Below are positions 43,628 to 55,880 of a stretch of DNA of 64,000 nt, in pieces. The position numbers and the translations under genes are program-made. The stretch's first letter is position 1. The number at the start of each line of letters is the position of its first letter. The notes below the pieces were generated by a model that saw only the letters and a program-made list of their open reading frames with translations, did no database searches and was not told where the DNA came from. Source of the stretch: Rebecca billardiae RCC1528 (lineage: Eukaryota; Protista; Haptophyta); the NCBI GenBank assembly GCA_965240325.2, contig OZ251245.1, positions 682,001-746,000 on the forward strand, in the 5' to 3' direction.

Positions 43628-44955
43628 CCGGTCCCGTCCGCGAAGCCTCTGTCGTGAGGCAGGGTGGAGAGGGTGCTGGTCGCGCGTCGCAGCGGAGGTG
43701 GGTCGGCCGGATCCCCGTGAACGTTCGTTGCTTTGGTGGAGGTTTTGGGGTATATGATAGATGTCGTTTCGGCGGGAGATAGGAGCTCAGTGGTGATTCG
43801 ACGGTTTTCACCGCCATATTCAGTTTCGAAGGGGTTATATTCATCCGGAGGAGATAGGTAGCTCAGGAGTTGTCATGGACTGACGGAATCTGTGCAAGCT
43901 GAGCGGGCGATTAGTGAGGAGTCCTTAAAAGGTTCTTTGTAAGACACCGTGCGAGTATGACCCTTCCAAGGGTTAAAAACACCTCACGAGGTTCTGCGGA
44001 GATCACGCAATTTGGCCAACCCCATAACCACAATCTCCGGTTGCCGGTTCACTACCCCAGATGGGGCAGATTGAACCTCGCACGCTTGCCAAGGGCTGTG
44101 GCGATCGTCCGACTTGGCCGGCCACCCATGGCGCTGCGTAGCGCTGGGCACACTATGCGCGAGAGGTGTGGCGGGCGCCGCGCTTGCTTGTGGAGCCGGC
44201 GCGATACTCGAGCGGCTGCAGAGTAGTAGCGAGCCTCTTTCTGCGCCACGCGCCTGGCCTCATCTCAGTGCGGCGTCCGCTCCGCGTCTGGAGGTGGCGC
44301 GGAGTGCAGCGCATCGCATGCCGCGGCCCGCGGATCACAGGGAGGCTTGCGAGCGTGGGCAAGAGCGCGCGCGTGGTGCGCGATGTGGTCGATTCAGGGC
44401 GCGATCCGCAGCGGCTCAAGGTAGCACTACCTTTTTCACGCGCTGTGCTGAATCGAGCCTGCGCGTGAGCCGAGCTTGATTATAACGCCAGCAATGATCA
44501 AGACCGCTCCGTGCGGAGGAGGCTCAGCCTAGATTCTCAGACACGTGGAGTAAGCGTGGCAGCCATCACTCATCAGCACGTGGGATGTGCCTAGGGGGGC
44601 ACCGACGAGTGTGAGAGGCCGCGCCGTGATCCCGTCCACACGATTGCAGCACTGGGTCGTGTTCCTGAGACCTGAAGCAGGTGCGTTCCAGAAGCTGAGT
44701 TGCCAAGCGGACTACTGCGCGGCGGAGCGGATGGCGGACATCATGCCCGTGACGTGGTCACGCGGGGCGGCGGGCGCGTCTGGCGGGCTTTGAGCGTTGA
44801 GAGCCTTGGCGTCGAGCGATCGCGATCCGCGACGATCCTCTCGAACGGATCCGCCAAACTTTTGGGATGATGATTATCCCCTGGCCGTGACTCATGAATG
44901 CACAGTGACAGTATCTAGTAGTAGTAGGGTTTTACCCGGCATCTCGCGAGGCAGC

Positions 44956-47900
44956 ATGGGGCGCTTGGGGGGCGCGCCGGCGGGCCAACGCCGCGCGACC
45001 CAGGCGACGAGCAGCACGGACGGGCTCGCGCTCGGCGGCGCGGGCCTCGCCGCCGATGGCTCGCCGAGCGCGCGCACGCCCGCCGCCAGCGACGCCGAAT
45101 CGCTCGAGCCGCTCGGCACGTACCACGCACTCGGCGCCGACATGGAGGTGGACCACCGCGGCACGGGCGTGCTGCTCGACATGCACGGCTCGGAGGTGTT
45201 CTGCGTGGCGTACGTTGGGAGCTGCCTCGTCTCGAGCGCGCTCGACGGCAGCATACACTCGCGCGACAAGCGCACGCACGAGCTGCTCGGCACGTCGGCC
45301 GACGCTGCCGCCGAGCGAGGCGGGCCTCACCAGGATGGCGTCTTCTCGGTGGGCGGCTGGGAGGACCGGTGCTACTCGCTCTCGTGGGACGGGATGCTCA
45401 AGGCGTGGGCGCTGCCCACGCTCGAGCTGCTCTCCACCACCGCCGCGCACGAGCGCACCGACGCCTCCGCGCGGTACGGCGGCTTTGCGCTCGCTGCCGC
45501 GCGAGGCGGGCAGCTGCTCGCGACGGGCGGCGGCGACGGCTGCCGCAAGCTGCGGCTGTGGGGCGTGGGCGGCGGGCGCGCGGGCGCGGACGGCGCGCCC
45601 AGGCTGCTGCACACCGCCGAGGGCGCGCACCACGTCGTGCAGCACCTCGCCTTCTCGCCGGACGCGAGCGTGCTCGCGTCGATCGGCTCGGAGGGAACGA
45701 TCAGACTCTGGTCGATGTCGGAGCTGACACAGCTGGCGTCGCAGCGGCACACGTCGAACAAGGCGTGCGCGTTCGCGCCGTCGGGCCGGCTGCTCGCGAG
45801 CTGCGGCGCGGACCGCGCCCTCCGGCTGTGGAGCGTGCCGCACCTCGAGCTGCGCGCGCAGCGCGCCAACGCGCACGCGTCCGAGGTGCGCGCGCTCGCT
45901 TTCGCGCCAGGCGGCGCGACGATTGCGACGTGTGCCGTCGACTCGAGCGTGCGGCTGTGGGCGGCGGCGTCGCTGCAGCCGCTGCAGGCGCTGTCGGGCG
46001 CGCACGCAGGCACGGTCTTCGGCCTCGCCTTCGCGCCGCACGACGGCGGGCGCACCTTCACCACGTGCGGCGCCGACCGCGCGATCAAGCGCTGGGCGAC
46101 CGCGACGCTGGCGATGCGAACAGGCCTTCGCAAGCGCACGCTGCCGCGCGCGTGCGTCGGCGTCGGCTTCCTGAGCACGGTCGTGGGCGGCGCGTCGGGT
46201 GCGGACACGGCGGACGACGACGCGCGGCAGCTGCTCTTCACCGTCGCCGCCGACCTCTCCCTCGCGCTGTGGGACCTCAGCGCGCCGACGGCGAGCGAGG
46301 CGGCGGCGGCGGCCGCCGCGGCGGAGGCGGCGGCAGACTCGGCGCATGCTGCGACGGACGCGACCGCCGACGGCCTGGGCGGGGCGACGCCGACCAGCGC
46401 CTCGCGGCGCGGCGCGCGCGAGAGCGCCGCCGAGCGTGGGCGCGCGAGCGTGCACCGCATCGGCCCCGTCCCGCTCGCCGAGGCGAAGGGCGTCGCGGAC
46501 GGCGAGGCGCGCCGCGGCGCCATCTCCGCGGACGGCGGTCTGGTCGCCGTACACGCCGGGCGGCGCGGCGAGCTTCTCTTCTGGGCGCTTCGGGTGTGGC
46601 CGGTGGCACGGTTCGTGTACCTGGGCTCGCACCGCGCGCACGCGACGCGCTCGGACGGCCTCGCGTTCGCGCCCGCGGTCGAGCCGCCGCCCGCCGCCGA
46701 CACCGCGCACAGCCCACGCAGTCCGTCCTCGCGCGCGTCGACGCCGCGGCGCGGCGCCGCTCCGCTGTCCGCGCGCGCGCCGCTGCCGGCGGCGCGCGCC
46801 GACGGCCACCGCGGCGGCGCGGCGGCGCAGCGGCACGGCAGCCTGGGCTTCGGCGCGTCGGCGGGCTCGTCGGCCAAGCCCGCGCGCACCCCCTCGCACG
46901 CCTCCGCCTCGAGCGCCCCAGACGTCGCGCACGCGCCCGCCGAGCCGCCGCGGCGCGGCTCGGCCGTCGCGGCCGCACAGGAGGCGGCCAAGGCTTTACG
47001 CGTGAGCATTGACCGCAAGCCGAGCGTGGCGGCGGCGGCCGCGGTGCCCGTGGCGCCGCCGTCCGGGCACGGGGAGCCCAACGGCTCGGCGGCTGGCGCG
47101 GCGCCGCCGCCGGCCGGCCCGCCTTCGCGCCCCACGCCCTCCTCCGCCCCGCTCAGCAAAAGCGGCAGCCGCCGCTTCAGCCTGCTCGGCAGCGGCCGAC
47201 CGCCGTCTAAGCTCGTGCACTCGCACACGCCGCCGCCGCGCTCGGCGCGCTTCGCGGCCGACGGCGGCGACGCGTGCTCGGAGGAGGAGGGCGAGCCCGA
47301 GGCGGGCGAGTCGAGCCCGCGCGCCAGCGGGATGGCGGACGAGGGCGCGCGCGAGCTCGCCACCGGCTCCGAGGACGGCAGCATTCGCATCTGGGTCGTG
47401 CGAGCGCCGCCCGCCGCCGCGGTCGCCGCCGCGCACGCGCCCGGCGGCGGCGGCGGCGGCGCGCTCAACGCGACCACGCCGGGCAGCGTGCTGCTCGAGC
47501 AGATCGGCGCGTGCGAGGAGGCGCACGGCGGCGAATACGTCTCGGACGTGTGCTACTCGCCCGACGGCCTCCGCCTCGCTTCCTCCTCCGTCTTCTCCGA
47601 GCTCCGGCTGTGGGCGTGCCGCCGGAAGTACCGACGCGGCCGGCACGCGCCGCCCTCGTCCGTCGTGCTCCAGCCGTTGTTTGCGCTGCCGCACGCGCAC
47701 CCGCGCGACGCGTCGTCGTACGCGCAGTCGGGGCTGGCGTGGGCGCCGGGCGGCGCGACGCTCGCCTCGTCCGCGGACACGCTGCGCGTGTGGAAGGTCG
47801 CGGCGGGCGGCGCGCTCGAGCTGGAGCAGGAGGTGACGCTGCAGGCGCGCTGCGCGCTCGCCTACACGGCGGATGGTTTCGAGTTGGCGCTCGGCTGCGC

Positions 47901-50762
47901 GGACGGCGGCGTGCAGGTGTACTGGACGCAGCACATGCCGCCGACGACGGCGACGCCGTTCGCCGCGGTGCTCGACGCGCTGGAGCACGCCGACCTCGAC
48001 GCGCTCGCCGCGCTGCCCAGCGCGTGGTTCGGCCTTCGCGACGAGCGCTCAGGGCCGACTCACGGTTGGACGCCGCTGCATCATGCGGTGCACCTGGGGC
48101 AGCCCGGCGCGGTGGGTGCGCTGCTCGGCGCGGCGCCGGGCGCGCTGGCGGACGCGATGGCGCCGCCGTTCGACGGGGTGCGCAGGCTCGCGGGCGGCGA
48201 GCTGCGCGTGCTCGAGCCGCCGCTCCCGGCGGGCGCGCGCGGCGGCGGCCCAGACGCTGACCCGACGGCTCTGCGCGGCGCGGACGGCGGCGCGCGGCGC
48301 GGCGGCGGCGGCAGCTTCGGCCGGAGTGCCGCCGCGGCGCGCTGGGGGAGCCAGGTGCTGAAGCTGCGCGTGGCGCAGTGGCTCTCGGCCGCGCCGACGC
48401 CGCCCAGCGCCACGCCGCACAAGCGCTCCTCCCTCGGCGCGCGCCGCGCGCCGACAAAGCGAGGCGGCGGCGGCGCGCACGAGTCGCCGCTGCGCGCTCT
48501 GCTGGCGGCGCCGTCCGCGCCGACCGTGCCGTCGGTGATCGACGTGGCGCTGGCGGGCTCGTCGTCGCTCGACGCGAAGATGTGCCTCGCGCTGGTGCTC
48601 GAGGGCTTCACGCGGCTCGCGCGCTCCGAGCCCGACACCACCGCGCTCCTCACCACCACGGACGCGGGCGCGCGGCTGCTGCCGCAGTTGCTTCAAGTCG
48701 GGACGTGGCACGCGGATTTATTGGCCGCGACGCTGCCGGCGCTGTCGCTGGTGCATCAGCCCGGGGGCACGGTGACCGTGACGATCGTCGGGCGGGAGAA
48801 GCTGTACGCCGCGTTCTCCGACGAGCCGCTCCCGCTCGGCCTCGCGCGCGAGGCCAAGGCCGACTCAGCCGACCACGTCGCTCGAGTGATGGAGGACATG
48901 GCTGCCGCGGCGCGCGCGCTGCGCGTCGCGCCCGGTAGCCCGAGGCGGCGCGGCAGCCACACGGCAGGGCGGCGCGGCTCTCGCGCGCGCGAGCTGATCC
49001 GCTCGCTCACGGCGCGCGGCGGCTCGCGCGCCGCGGGGGAGCCGCCGAGCCGCGCGCGCTCGCACGACGCCCTCGAGCTCGCACGCTCGTCGGGCGCTTC
49101 GGACGACGACGCGGCGGCGGCGGCGGGCGATTCGGGCGGCGCGCGCCGGCTCGCGTCGCGGCGGCGCGAGGAGGAGGTGGCGGGCGTGGTGGCGTTCTGG
49201 ACGTCGCGGCGGCGCGGGCGCAGCCGGCCCGAGGCGGTGGGCGCCGGCGTGCGCGGCTCGGCGCTCGCCTCCACCTTCACCTCGTGCGTCGTGCCGCTGT
49301 CGGGCGATCTCGTCGGATATCTCGAGGCGCTCGAGAGTCTGAACGGACGGCGCACGCGCACCGCGCTGTACGACAACAACGCGAGCATCGCGGTGGTGCA
49401 CGCGCTGTGGACGCACGGCGCGGGGAAGTGCCACGCGCTGATGTGCTGCCTGTACGCGCTGCTCATCGGCGTCGTCGCGGCGGACGCCCTCCTCTTCAAC
49501 AGCGGCATGCCACGATGGACCCTGCTGATCTGCGCCGCGCCTTTCGCCGCGTTCGAAATCGGCACCGCCTTCACGTCGGACTCGTTGCTCGCCTATCTCG
49601 CCTCGACCTACAACTACTTCGACTGGGTGCGTGGCGCGCGCGGCCGCCCCGCCGGCCCGAGCCGCGCGGGGCGTGGGGCGCGGCGCGCGGAGGGCGCGGA
49701 GCACGACGCGCGCGTGCCCGCCGCGCCGCGCCGCCGACCCGTCCCCCCCGCCGCCCCGCGCGCGCGCGCGCGCTCGGCGCGGCTCGGCGCGCGCGCTCCG
49801 CCCCGCAGGCCACGTACGTGCTGCTCGCGATGGTGGCGATCCCAGACGTGCTGCCGCACGACTCTGAGCGGCGGCGGTGCGTGCACGCGCTGCTGCTCGT
49901 GCTGATGGGCTTCCGCGTCCTCTTCTACATGCGCGCGTACACCACGCTCGTGCGCACCATCATGCAGGCACTGCGCGATCTGGGCGCGTTTGCCGGCATC
50001 GTCGTGATGATTCTCCTTTCCTTCTCGCTGGCGTTCTCCGTGCTGCAGAGCGGCGGCGAGGGCGCGGGGCGCGGCGCGCAGTCGGCCGACCTCGAGCAGG
50101 CGGGCGCCTTCCTCCGCGTCTTCGCCCTCATGCTCGGCGAGTTCGACATCACCGAGTTCACGGTCGGGCCGGAGCGCACGCCGACGTCAATTGTCGCGCA
50201 GGCGCTCTTCTACGCGTACGTGTGCCTCGTGGCCATCGTGCTGCTCAACCTGCTGATCACGATCCTCTCGGACTCGTACGACCTCTCGACGGAGCGGCGC
50301 AAGGCCGAGCTCACGCGCATGCGCGCGCAGCTCGCCGTCGAGTACTACCGGCTGCTCCCATGGCTGCTGCGCCCGCGCGGCCGCTGGGTGCACGTGCTGA
50401 TCAGCTCTGCGCTGCTCGCGGAGCAGAGGCGCGAGTTTGAGTTGGAGGGCACGCAGGCGATGGACGACGACTGGGCGAGCCGGCTCTCTGTGATCAAGGT
50501 GGGGCTGATGCACCTGCGCCGCGACACGGCCAGCGCCGTCGCCAAGCTCGAGCGCCAGCTCGGCGCGTGCAACGCCCGCATCGAGAACAACGCCACGCAG
50601 CTCGAAGCCATCTTGGGGGCGGTCCAAGGTATCCTGGCGGCGCAACAGGTGAACGCGCCAGAGGACGGGCTGGGCGGCGGCGGCGGTGGCGCGCGGGAGC
50701 GCACCGCGCCGCGCCAGCAGCGCCGCTCGATGCAGATCGCGCAGCTCAGCCCGAAGCGCTGA
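44956..50762 (+). CDS. WD40-repeat and ankyrin-containing TRP-family cation channel (~1,870 aa); exons 44956-49626 and 49809-50762
   Basis: Many WD40 repeats (e.g. LAFSPDASVLASIGSEGTIRLW); ankyrin GWTPLHHAV; TRP S4-S6 region LVRTIMQALRDL...FLRVFALMLGEFD...IVLLNLLITILSDSY...RAQL; C-terminal coiled coil. Confidence 0.85.
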
Positions 50763-51276
50763 CGGGCGGCGCGCTCGGGCGCGCTCGCTGCTGCTTGGCG
50801 GCGCGCTTGGACCCGCGCGGCGCGGCACAGCCGACGCCGCAGCGGAGCAGCCGACCGATCGGCGTGACGCCAGAAGCGCCGACCGGCGCGGGCAGCGCGC
50901 TGTGGGCTGGCCGGCGGCCGGGCGACGCGGGCCTGCCACGGCCGCCGGCCGGTTGCCGCCGCGCCCGGCCGGGCGCGGGGCGGGCGCGGCGAGCGGCGCC
51001 GCGCGGGCTGAGCCTGACCAGGGTTGACTTGACGGCAGCGCTCGGCGGGCAGCCACGGCCAAAGCGGCTCCAGCGCACTGCAGCGCAGCACGGCCACGGG
51101 CGGCGCACGGCGGCCCGGGTGCGGCCCGAGGAGGTCACACTCACACCCGCGGCTGGCGGCTCGGCCCAAGTTCCTCAGCCTTCCTTGGACGCGCGACTCG
51201 GCTTCGGACGAGTACCTATCCATACATACCAGACCGCCCTTGATACCAGTCTCTCGCCCATCAATGGTGCTTGAGC

Positions 51277-51314
51277 CAAGGGGCTTACAAAAGTGGTATT
51301 TTGTAAGCCCCTTG
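51277..51314. mobile_element. 38-bp transposon remnant or excision footprint: 16-bp perfect inverted arms, 6-nt filler, TSD CTTGAGC
   Basis: CTTGAGC-CAAGGGGCTTACAAAA-GTGGTA-TTTTGTAAGCCCCTTG-CTTGAGC. Confidence 0.8.
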
Positions 51315-51406
51315 CTTGAGCCGCCATCCCCATCGCCTCCTCGTCTGCGGTCTGCCGCCTCCTCCATCCCCAGCTCCACCGCCCCCATCGCCGCCTCCTC
51401 CGGGCA

Positions 51407-52844
51407 ATGTTCGAGCCGGGCGCGCCGTTCATCGCGGGCCTCGCGGGGTTCGTCATCCTCTACACGCTGCTCATGGGGTTCTTCGTCTTGTGGTTGAAGC
51501 GTCCGAAACAGCCCAATGTGCCGCCAGCGGATCAACCTGCCGCTCCAACCGAGACGGTCGGTGATCATCCCCCGCCCTACCTTGGCACGGTCGCGGCGAT
51601 CGGTGTGCCTGAGGAAGCGCAGGGAGGCGGGGCGTTTCAGCTCACGCGCGCCGTGCCTGGCGGCAGTCAGCCACCCGCGCAGGCGGCGAGCGGCGCGCAG
51701 CGAGGCGAGCCGTTTTCGCTCACGCGCATGCTGACTGGCAGCAGCCAGCCAAGCGCACAGCCGACTGGTGCGGCGGACACGCCCGCGCTGGGCGAAGCCA
51801 TCCCAGTCGGCGTGGCTCTCACCGTCCAGACTCGTCTCGGCCTCGCCTGGTACGCGCCGCCCGTCGTGCGCGCGCGCGGGGACGCCAAGCCAGTGGTCGT
51901 CCGCGCGGAGGGCCTCGCCGTGGAGACGCCTCCGCCGTTCGGCCGCCCCCTGCAGCCGCACATCGCCTACTTCATCGTCAAGGCGCCCGCGGGCGCCAAG
52001 CCCGGCGACCGCGTCCTCTTCTCCTTCGACAAGATACCGTTCACGCGCGGTGCGCCGAGCGATGCGCGCGCGCACGCGCGCGTGCCCTGTCGGCGCACGT
52101 GCGCTCGAGCGCTTTGCGCGCGCCACCGACCAAAGATGGGGCGGGATGCGGCGTGGCTCACGCGTGCGCGGCGTGTGCGCGGCGTGTGCGCGCGCCCACT
52201 CACCACTGCGCTGCGCAGTGGGCTGGACGGTCTACCAGAAGAGTCCCACGGCCTCGTTCGTCCTCCCTGAGAGCGCGCCGACCGCCGATGGCGAGACACT
52301 CTTTGTCGCGCCAGTCGATGCGCGCAAGAGCGTGGAGGTAACGATCCAGCGCGCCGGCCTGCGCAAGAGACTCGTGCTGGGGGCAACGCTGCTGTGCATG
52401 CTCGCGGGGGCGCTGTTCGACATGACCCTCCAGGCGTACCTGAGCTTCGCGCTGCACCCAACCTCCGTCGTATTCCTCTCGGCTGCAGTCGTCCTCGCGC
52501 TGGGGCTGGCTGGCGCGTACGGTAGCGCGCTGTTCGTGTGGGCGGTCTACCCGAAGCCCGCGTTCGGGGCAGGCGCATCCGGCGGCAGCGGTGGAGTGGG
52601 TGGCGCGCGTGCGGGGCGTGGCTCTGCCTGCGGCGCTGCGTGCGCGTATGGCGCAGGGTGCGCGGGAGCTGGCTGCTCCGGCGGGGGCTGCGCGACGGGG
52701 GGCGGATGCGGTGGCAGCGGCTGGGGCGGAGGCGGTGACGGCGGGTCAGGGTGGGGTGACGGCGGCGGCGACGGCGGGGGCGACGGTGGGGGCGGCGGCG
52801 GCGGCTGTGGCGGAGGAGGATGCGGCGGTGGCGGCGGCGGGTAG
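51407..52844 (+). CDS. Hypothetical membrane protein (1 N-terminal TM, 2-3 C-terminal TM, Gly/Cys-rich tail); exons 51407-52049 and 52219-52844
   Basis: Hydrophobic helices; GT-AG intron 52050-52218 joins the two ORFs in frame; the protein ends GCGGGGCGGGGGG. Confidence 0.65.
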
Positions 52845-52942
52845 GCAGGGCCGCAGGGCCACTAGGTAGGGAGTAGGGGGTCCACTGTGACAGCAGCCCA
52901 TTGATTTGTGATTATTTCGACAACATGCCATGTATAGGTGAT

Positions 52943-53008
52943 GTCTGCTGACGAGCGTGGCGCTTGCGGAGTCACGTCTGCTGACGAGCGTGGCGCTTGC
53001 GGAGTCAC
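52943..53008. repeat. 33-bp tandem duplication (GTCTGCTGACGAGCGTGGCGCTTGCGGAGTCAC x2)
   Basis: Direct reading. Confidence 0.85.
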
Positions 53009-54987
53009 TCACAAATATATCCCATCAGAGCCCAGCCCAGCAGCCGACCGTGCCGTCGGCTGGCGGCGGTCAGAAGTGCGGAAGCCGCATCACTTTACAA
53101 ATAACTCTTATAATTATTAATATATATATATTAATAATATAAAGTAATAACTGCTGAACCGCGGGGCCGGGCCGTCCGCGCGCCGAGTCGCGCGGTCGTG
53201 CGCGCGCGCTCGGCTGCGCCGGCTGTGATGTCACATAGAGATTCAGCCAGACATCAGCGACTTGTTATGGCGGCTGAATGCCCGATATGTCGTCGGACTT
53301 ACTTATTGACAACCGTTGCAACCCAATCGATCGAATATATAAAACTATGGTGAGATTGCTAAAATTTTAGTAGGCGGCTGATGATGAGTGCGCGTAACGT
53401 CTTAACCGCCCCTATCAGGAGTTGAACCTAGGGCCCCTATTGTTGAACGGAGGCAGTTATTTTCTCTATAGCTATGTAGCAGGCTGATGACGCGGCGGAG
53501 GCGATAGGATCAGCGGCTACCGCCGTGTGCGCCTGGCCAAGGCGCGTCCAACGAGCCCAAGAACGTCGCCATATATAGCCCGCCCCAGCGCCGTCCGCAG
53601 CCGATCATTTGCTGAAGTCAGACCTGAGAATCTGGTGTGAAAAAATGGTTTTCGGCTCCTGTAGGCCGAAGCTTCGGCCGGGAGAGCGCTATTAGCATCA
53701 AGCTTGACAAGCACGGCAAGACTAGCGCTCTCCCGGTCTCACCCAATTCGTAGTGTCACTCGCGCTCCATACATCCACGAGTGCGGCAGCGGCAAGCCGG
53801 CTGCTTGATTCCCCGTTCGGGGAGCGCCCAAAAATACAGTTATTAAGCTGCTGTGAGTGACGCGACGGACCCGGCCACCGCGCCCGCACGGAACTCTACC
53901 GATCGTACAATCGGCCGCCAGGCAGTCTTGCCGTGCTTGTCAAGCTTGATGCTGGTGTCGTGCGGCATGTTGCTGTTGCAAGCGGGGCACGATGCATTGA
54001 TGCAATGCTGAACGCATGCACCAGAGCGCGGCGGAGCATCAGGTCGTGCTTCGCTACGAGCTGACACACGCGCACCAACGCGGCCGATTACCCGGCCACT
54101 AGCAAGCTGCTCGATACGCGGCTGCGCCCCATCACCAATCGGGTTGAGGATCTGGACGCGAGTTTGGCATCCCCGGCGGCGCGGAGACGTGGCTATATTG
54201 CCTGCAGATCGGTGAGCATCCGACAGACCGCGTGCGTGCCTTCAGGTGCCGCTGCTGCACCACTACGCGCGCGCGCGATGAGCTCCGTTCAACAATAGGG
54301 GTCATTCGACCCGTCGACGCATCACCCCGCAAGTGCGCGCGCGCGCGCGCGCACGGGCGGGCGAGTTCCGAGCACCGCAGTCTCAGGGCGGTGCAGCGGC
54401 AGGACCCATACCCTGCATGCATATGGCGGTGGTGCTTGAGGAGTCTGGAACTATAGCTATCCCTCTAAGTATCCCACCCGTAAGTACACATATGCATACG
54501 AGAATGGGTAGGCACACGCGCTTCTCCTATAAATAACGAGTCTCCTATATTGATGACGACAAAAAATCACATGAACTCAAAATTCCATGGTAACCTCAGA
54601 AAAATGAGCATGGTTACCACCACTAACAGTCGAATAAATATTATCCATGAAACAAAAATTATTGCTTGTTTGCATATATATATATATATATATGGATATA
54701 CTTTTCAATAGCTACCACTAGCAGAAAGTGTACTGCAGTACTGACTCGGGGACCCCCCCGGGAGCGTGACTTGGACACGTCCCCAGACACGCTCCCCAAA
54801 AAATACGTTGGTAACCTGAGCAAAATTCAACCAGGTTACCACTGGTTACAGCCATTTGGGGGGTACGGTAGTCGAGCGACGAATATGATATGATGAACGT
54901 ACTATGACGAATATTGATCGATATGACGCGAATAAACTCGTACAGTATGGGGGTAGTCGGATTCTCGTCCGCTTCGCAGCGCAACTA

Positions 54988-55769
54988 CAGGGTCTCCAAC
55001 ATTAAACTGGACACTTTGGGCAGCAGCTCAGCGTACGGCCTGTGGCTGCCTCGCGCGGGGTCAGGAGCGGCCAGCTCGGCTCGTGTGCACCCCACTAGGT
55101 CTGTCTGCGACCGCGCATAGCCGGACAGCCCGCGTGGAGCACCCCTCTGGGTCATGCGGACAGTCGGCACAAGGCTGGTCGTGAGGGCCGTGAAGCAGCC
55201 GTGTGGCTTCTGCGCATGTCTGTAGCCAGCAAGCCCGCTCAAGGCCGCGCAGATATTATTACGTGGCATGGTCGATGACTATGCGGCATGCGCTCGACAG
55301 CCCTGGGCAAGCCCGGACGTAGCGCTACACCAGGAGTATATACGGCCCGATCGGACCAGCCTACCTGTTGCGCACCTCGCTTGCACAGCTGCTGCACAGC
55401 CCATCGATCGGCTCTGGCCGTGCAGGCAAGGGCTACAGTCGGCGCCACTACCCGCAGCGAACGCTGGAGACCCACCAGTGCGCGCACCAACCCGCCCGCC
55501 GCCAAATGCAACCGTGCGCCAGATACGAATTTTAGCAGGCATGCCACCCGCGGGGGCTCCGTGGACCTGTTCAGAGCCAACCGCTAGTCGGTTGAGCTGT
55601 ACATCCAAGCCAGCCCTGGCCACACGCTGAGCGCGCCGCTCGCTGCACCCACACCCTGTCGTCATCCGAGGAGTAAGGTCCATGGCGCTCATGTGAGCCT
55701 CTGGCCCATCTCATCGTTAGCAGCCGTAGTCAGCAAAAATCAATGTCCGACCAATTGTTGGGGACCCTG
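54988..55769 (+). repeat. Left 782-bp terminal direct repeat, a MITE-like module with bipartite 28-bp TIRs
   Basis: No differences from 58587-59368 on line-by-line comparison. Ends are CAGGGTCTCCAACA and TGTTGGGGACCCTG. Confidence 0.95.
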
Positions 55770-55880
55770 TGTGCACACTCGCTTGCCGCATGTTGAGTGA
55801 CTGTCAGCCAGGGAGCTGAAGACGACGGCTTCTCAGAGGCCGCGCGAGCTCGACGGCGGCGCGCGCGGGCACGGTGGGCT

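Noticed and set aside
43770-43870. tRNA-like A-box (GAGCTCAGTGG) and repeated GGAGATAGG(T)AGCTCAG
   Set aside because: No cloverleaf or properly placed B-box.
53375-53495. Hammerhead ribozyme or C/D snoRNA suggested by CTGATGA motifs
   Set aside because: No GAAA core with supporting stems, and no convincing terminal stem.
53466-54460. CTATAGCTAT direct repeat as a 10-bp TSD
   Set aside because: The enclosed segment has no TIRs or tail, and the motif is low-complexity.
54583-54594. RFX X-box-like TTCCATGGTAAC
   Set aside because: It is not near the ciliary genes, and RFX is not expected in the inferred lineage.
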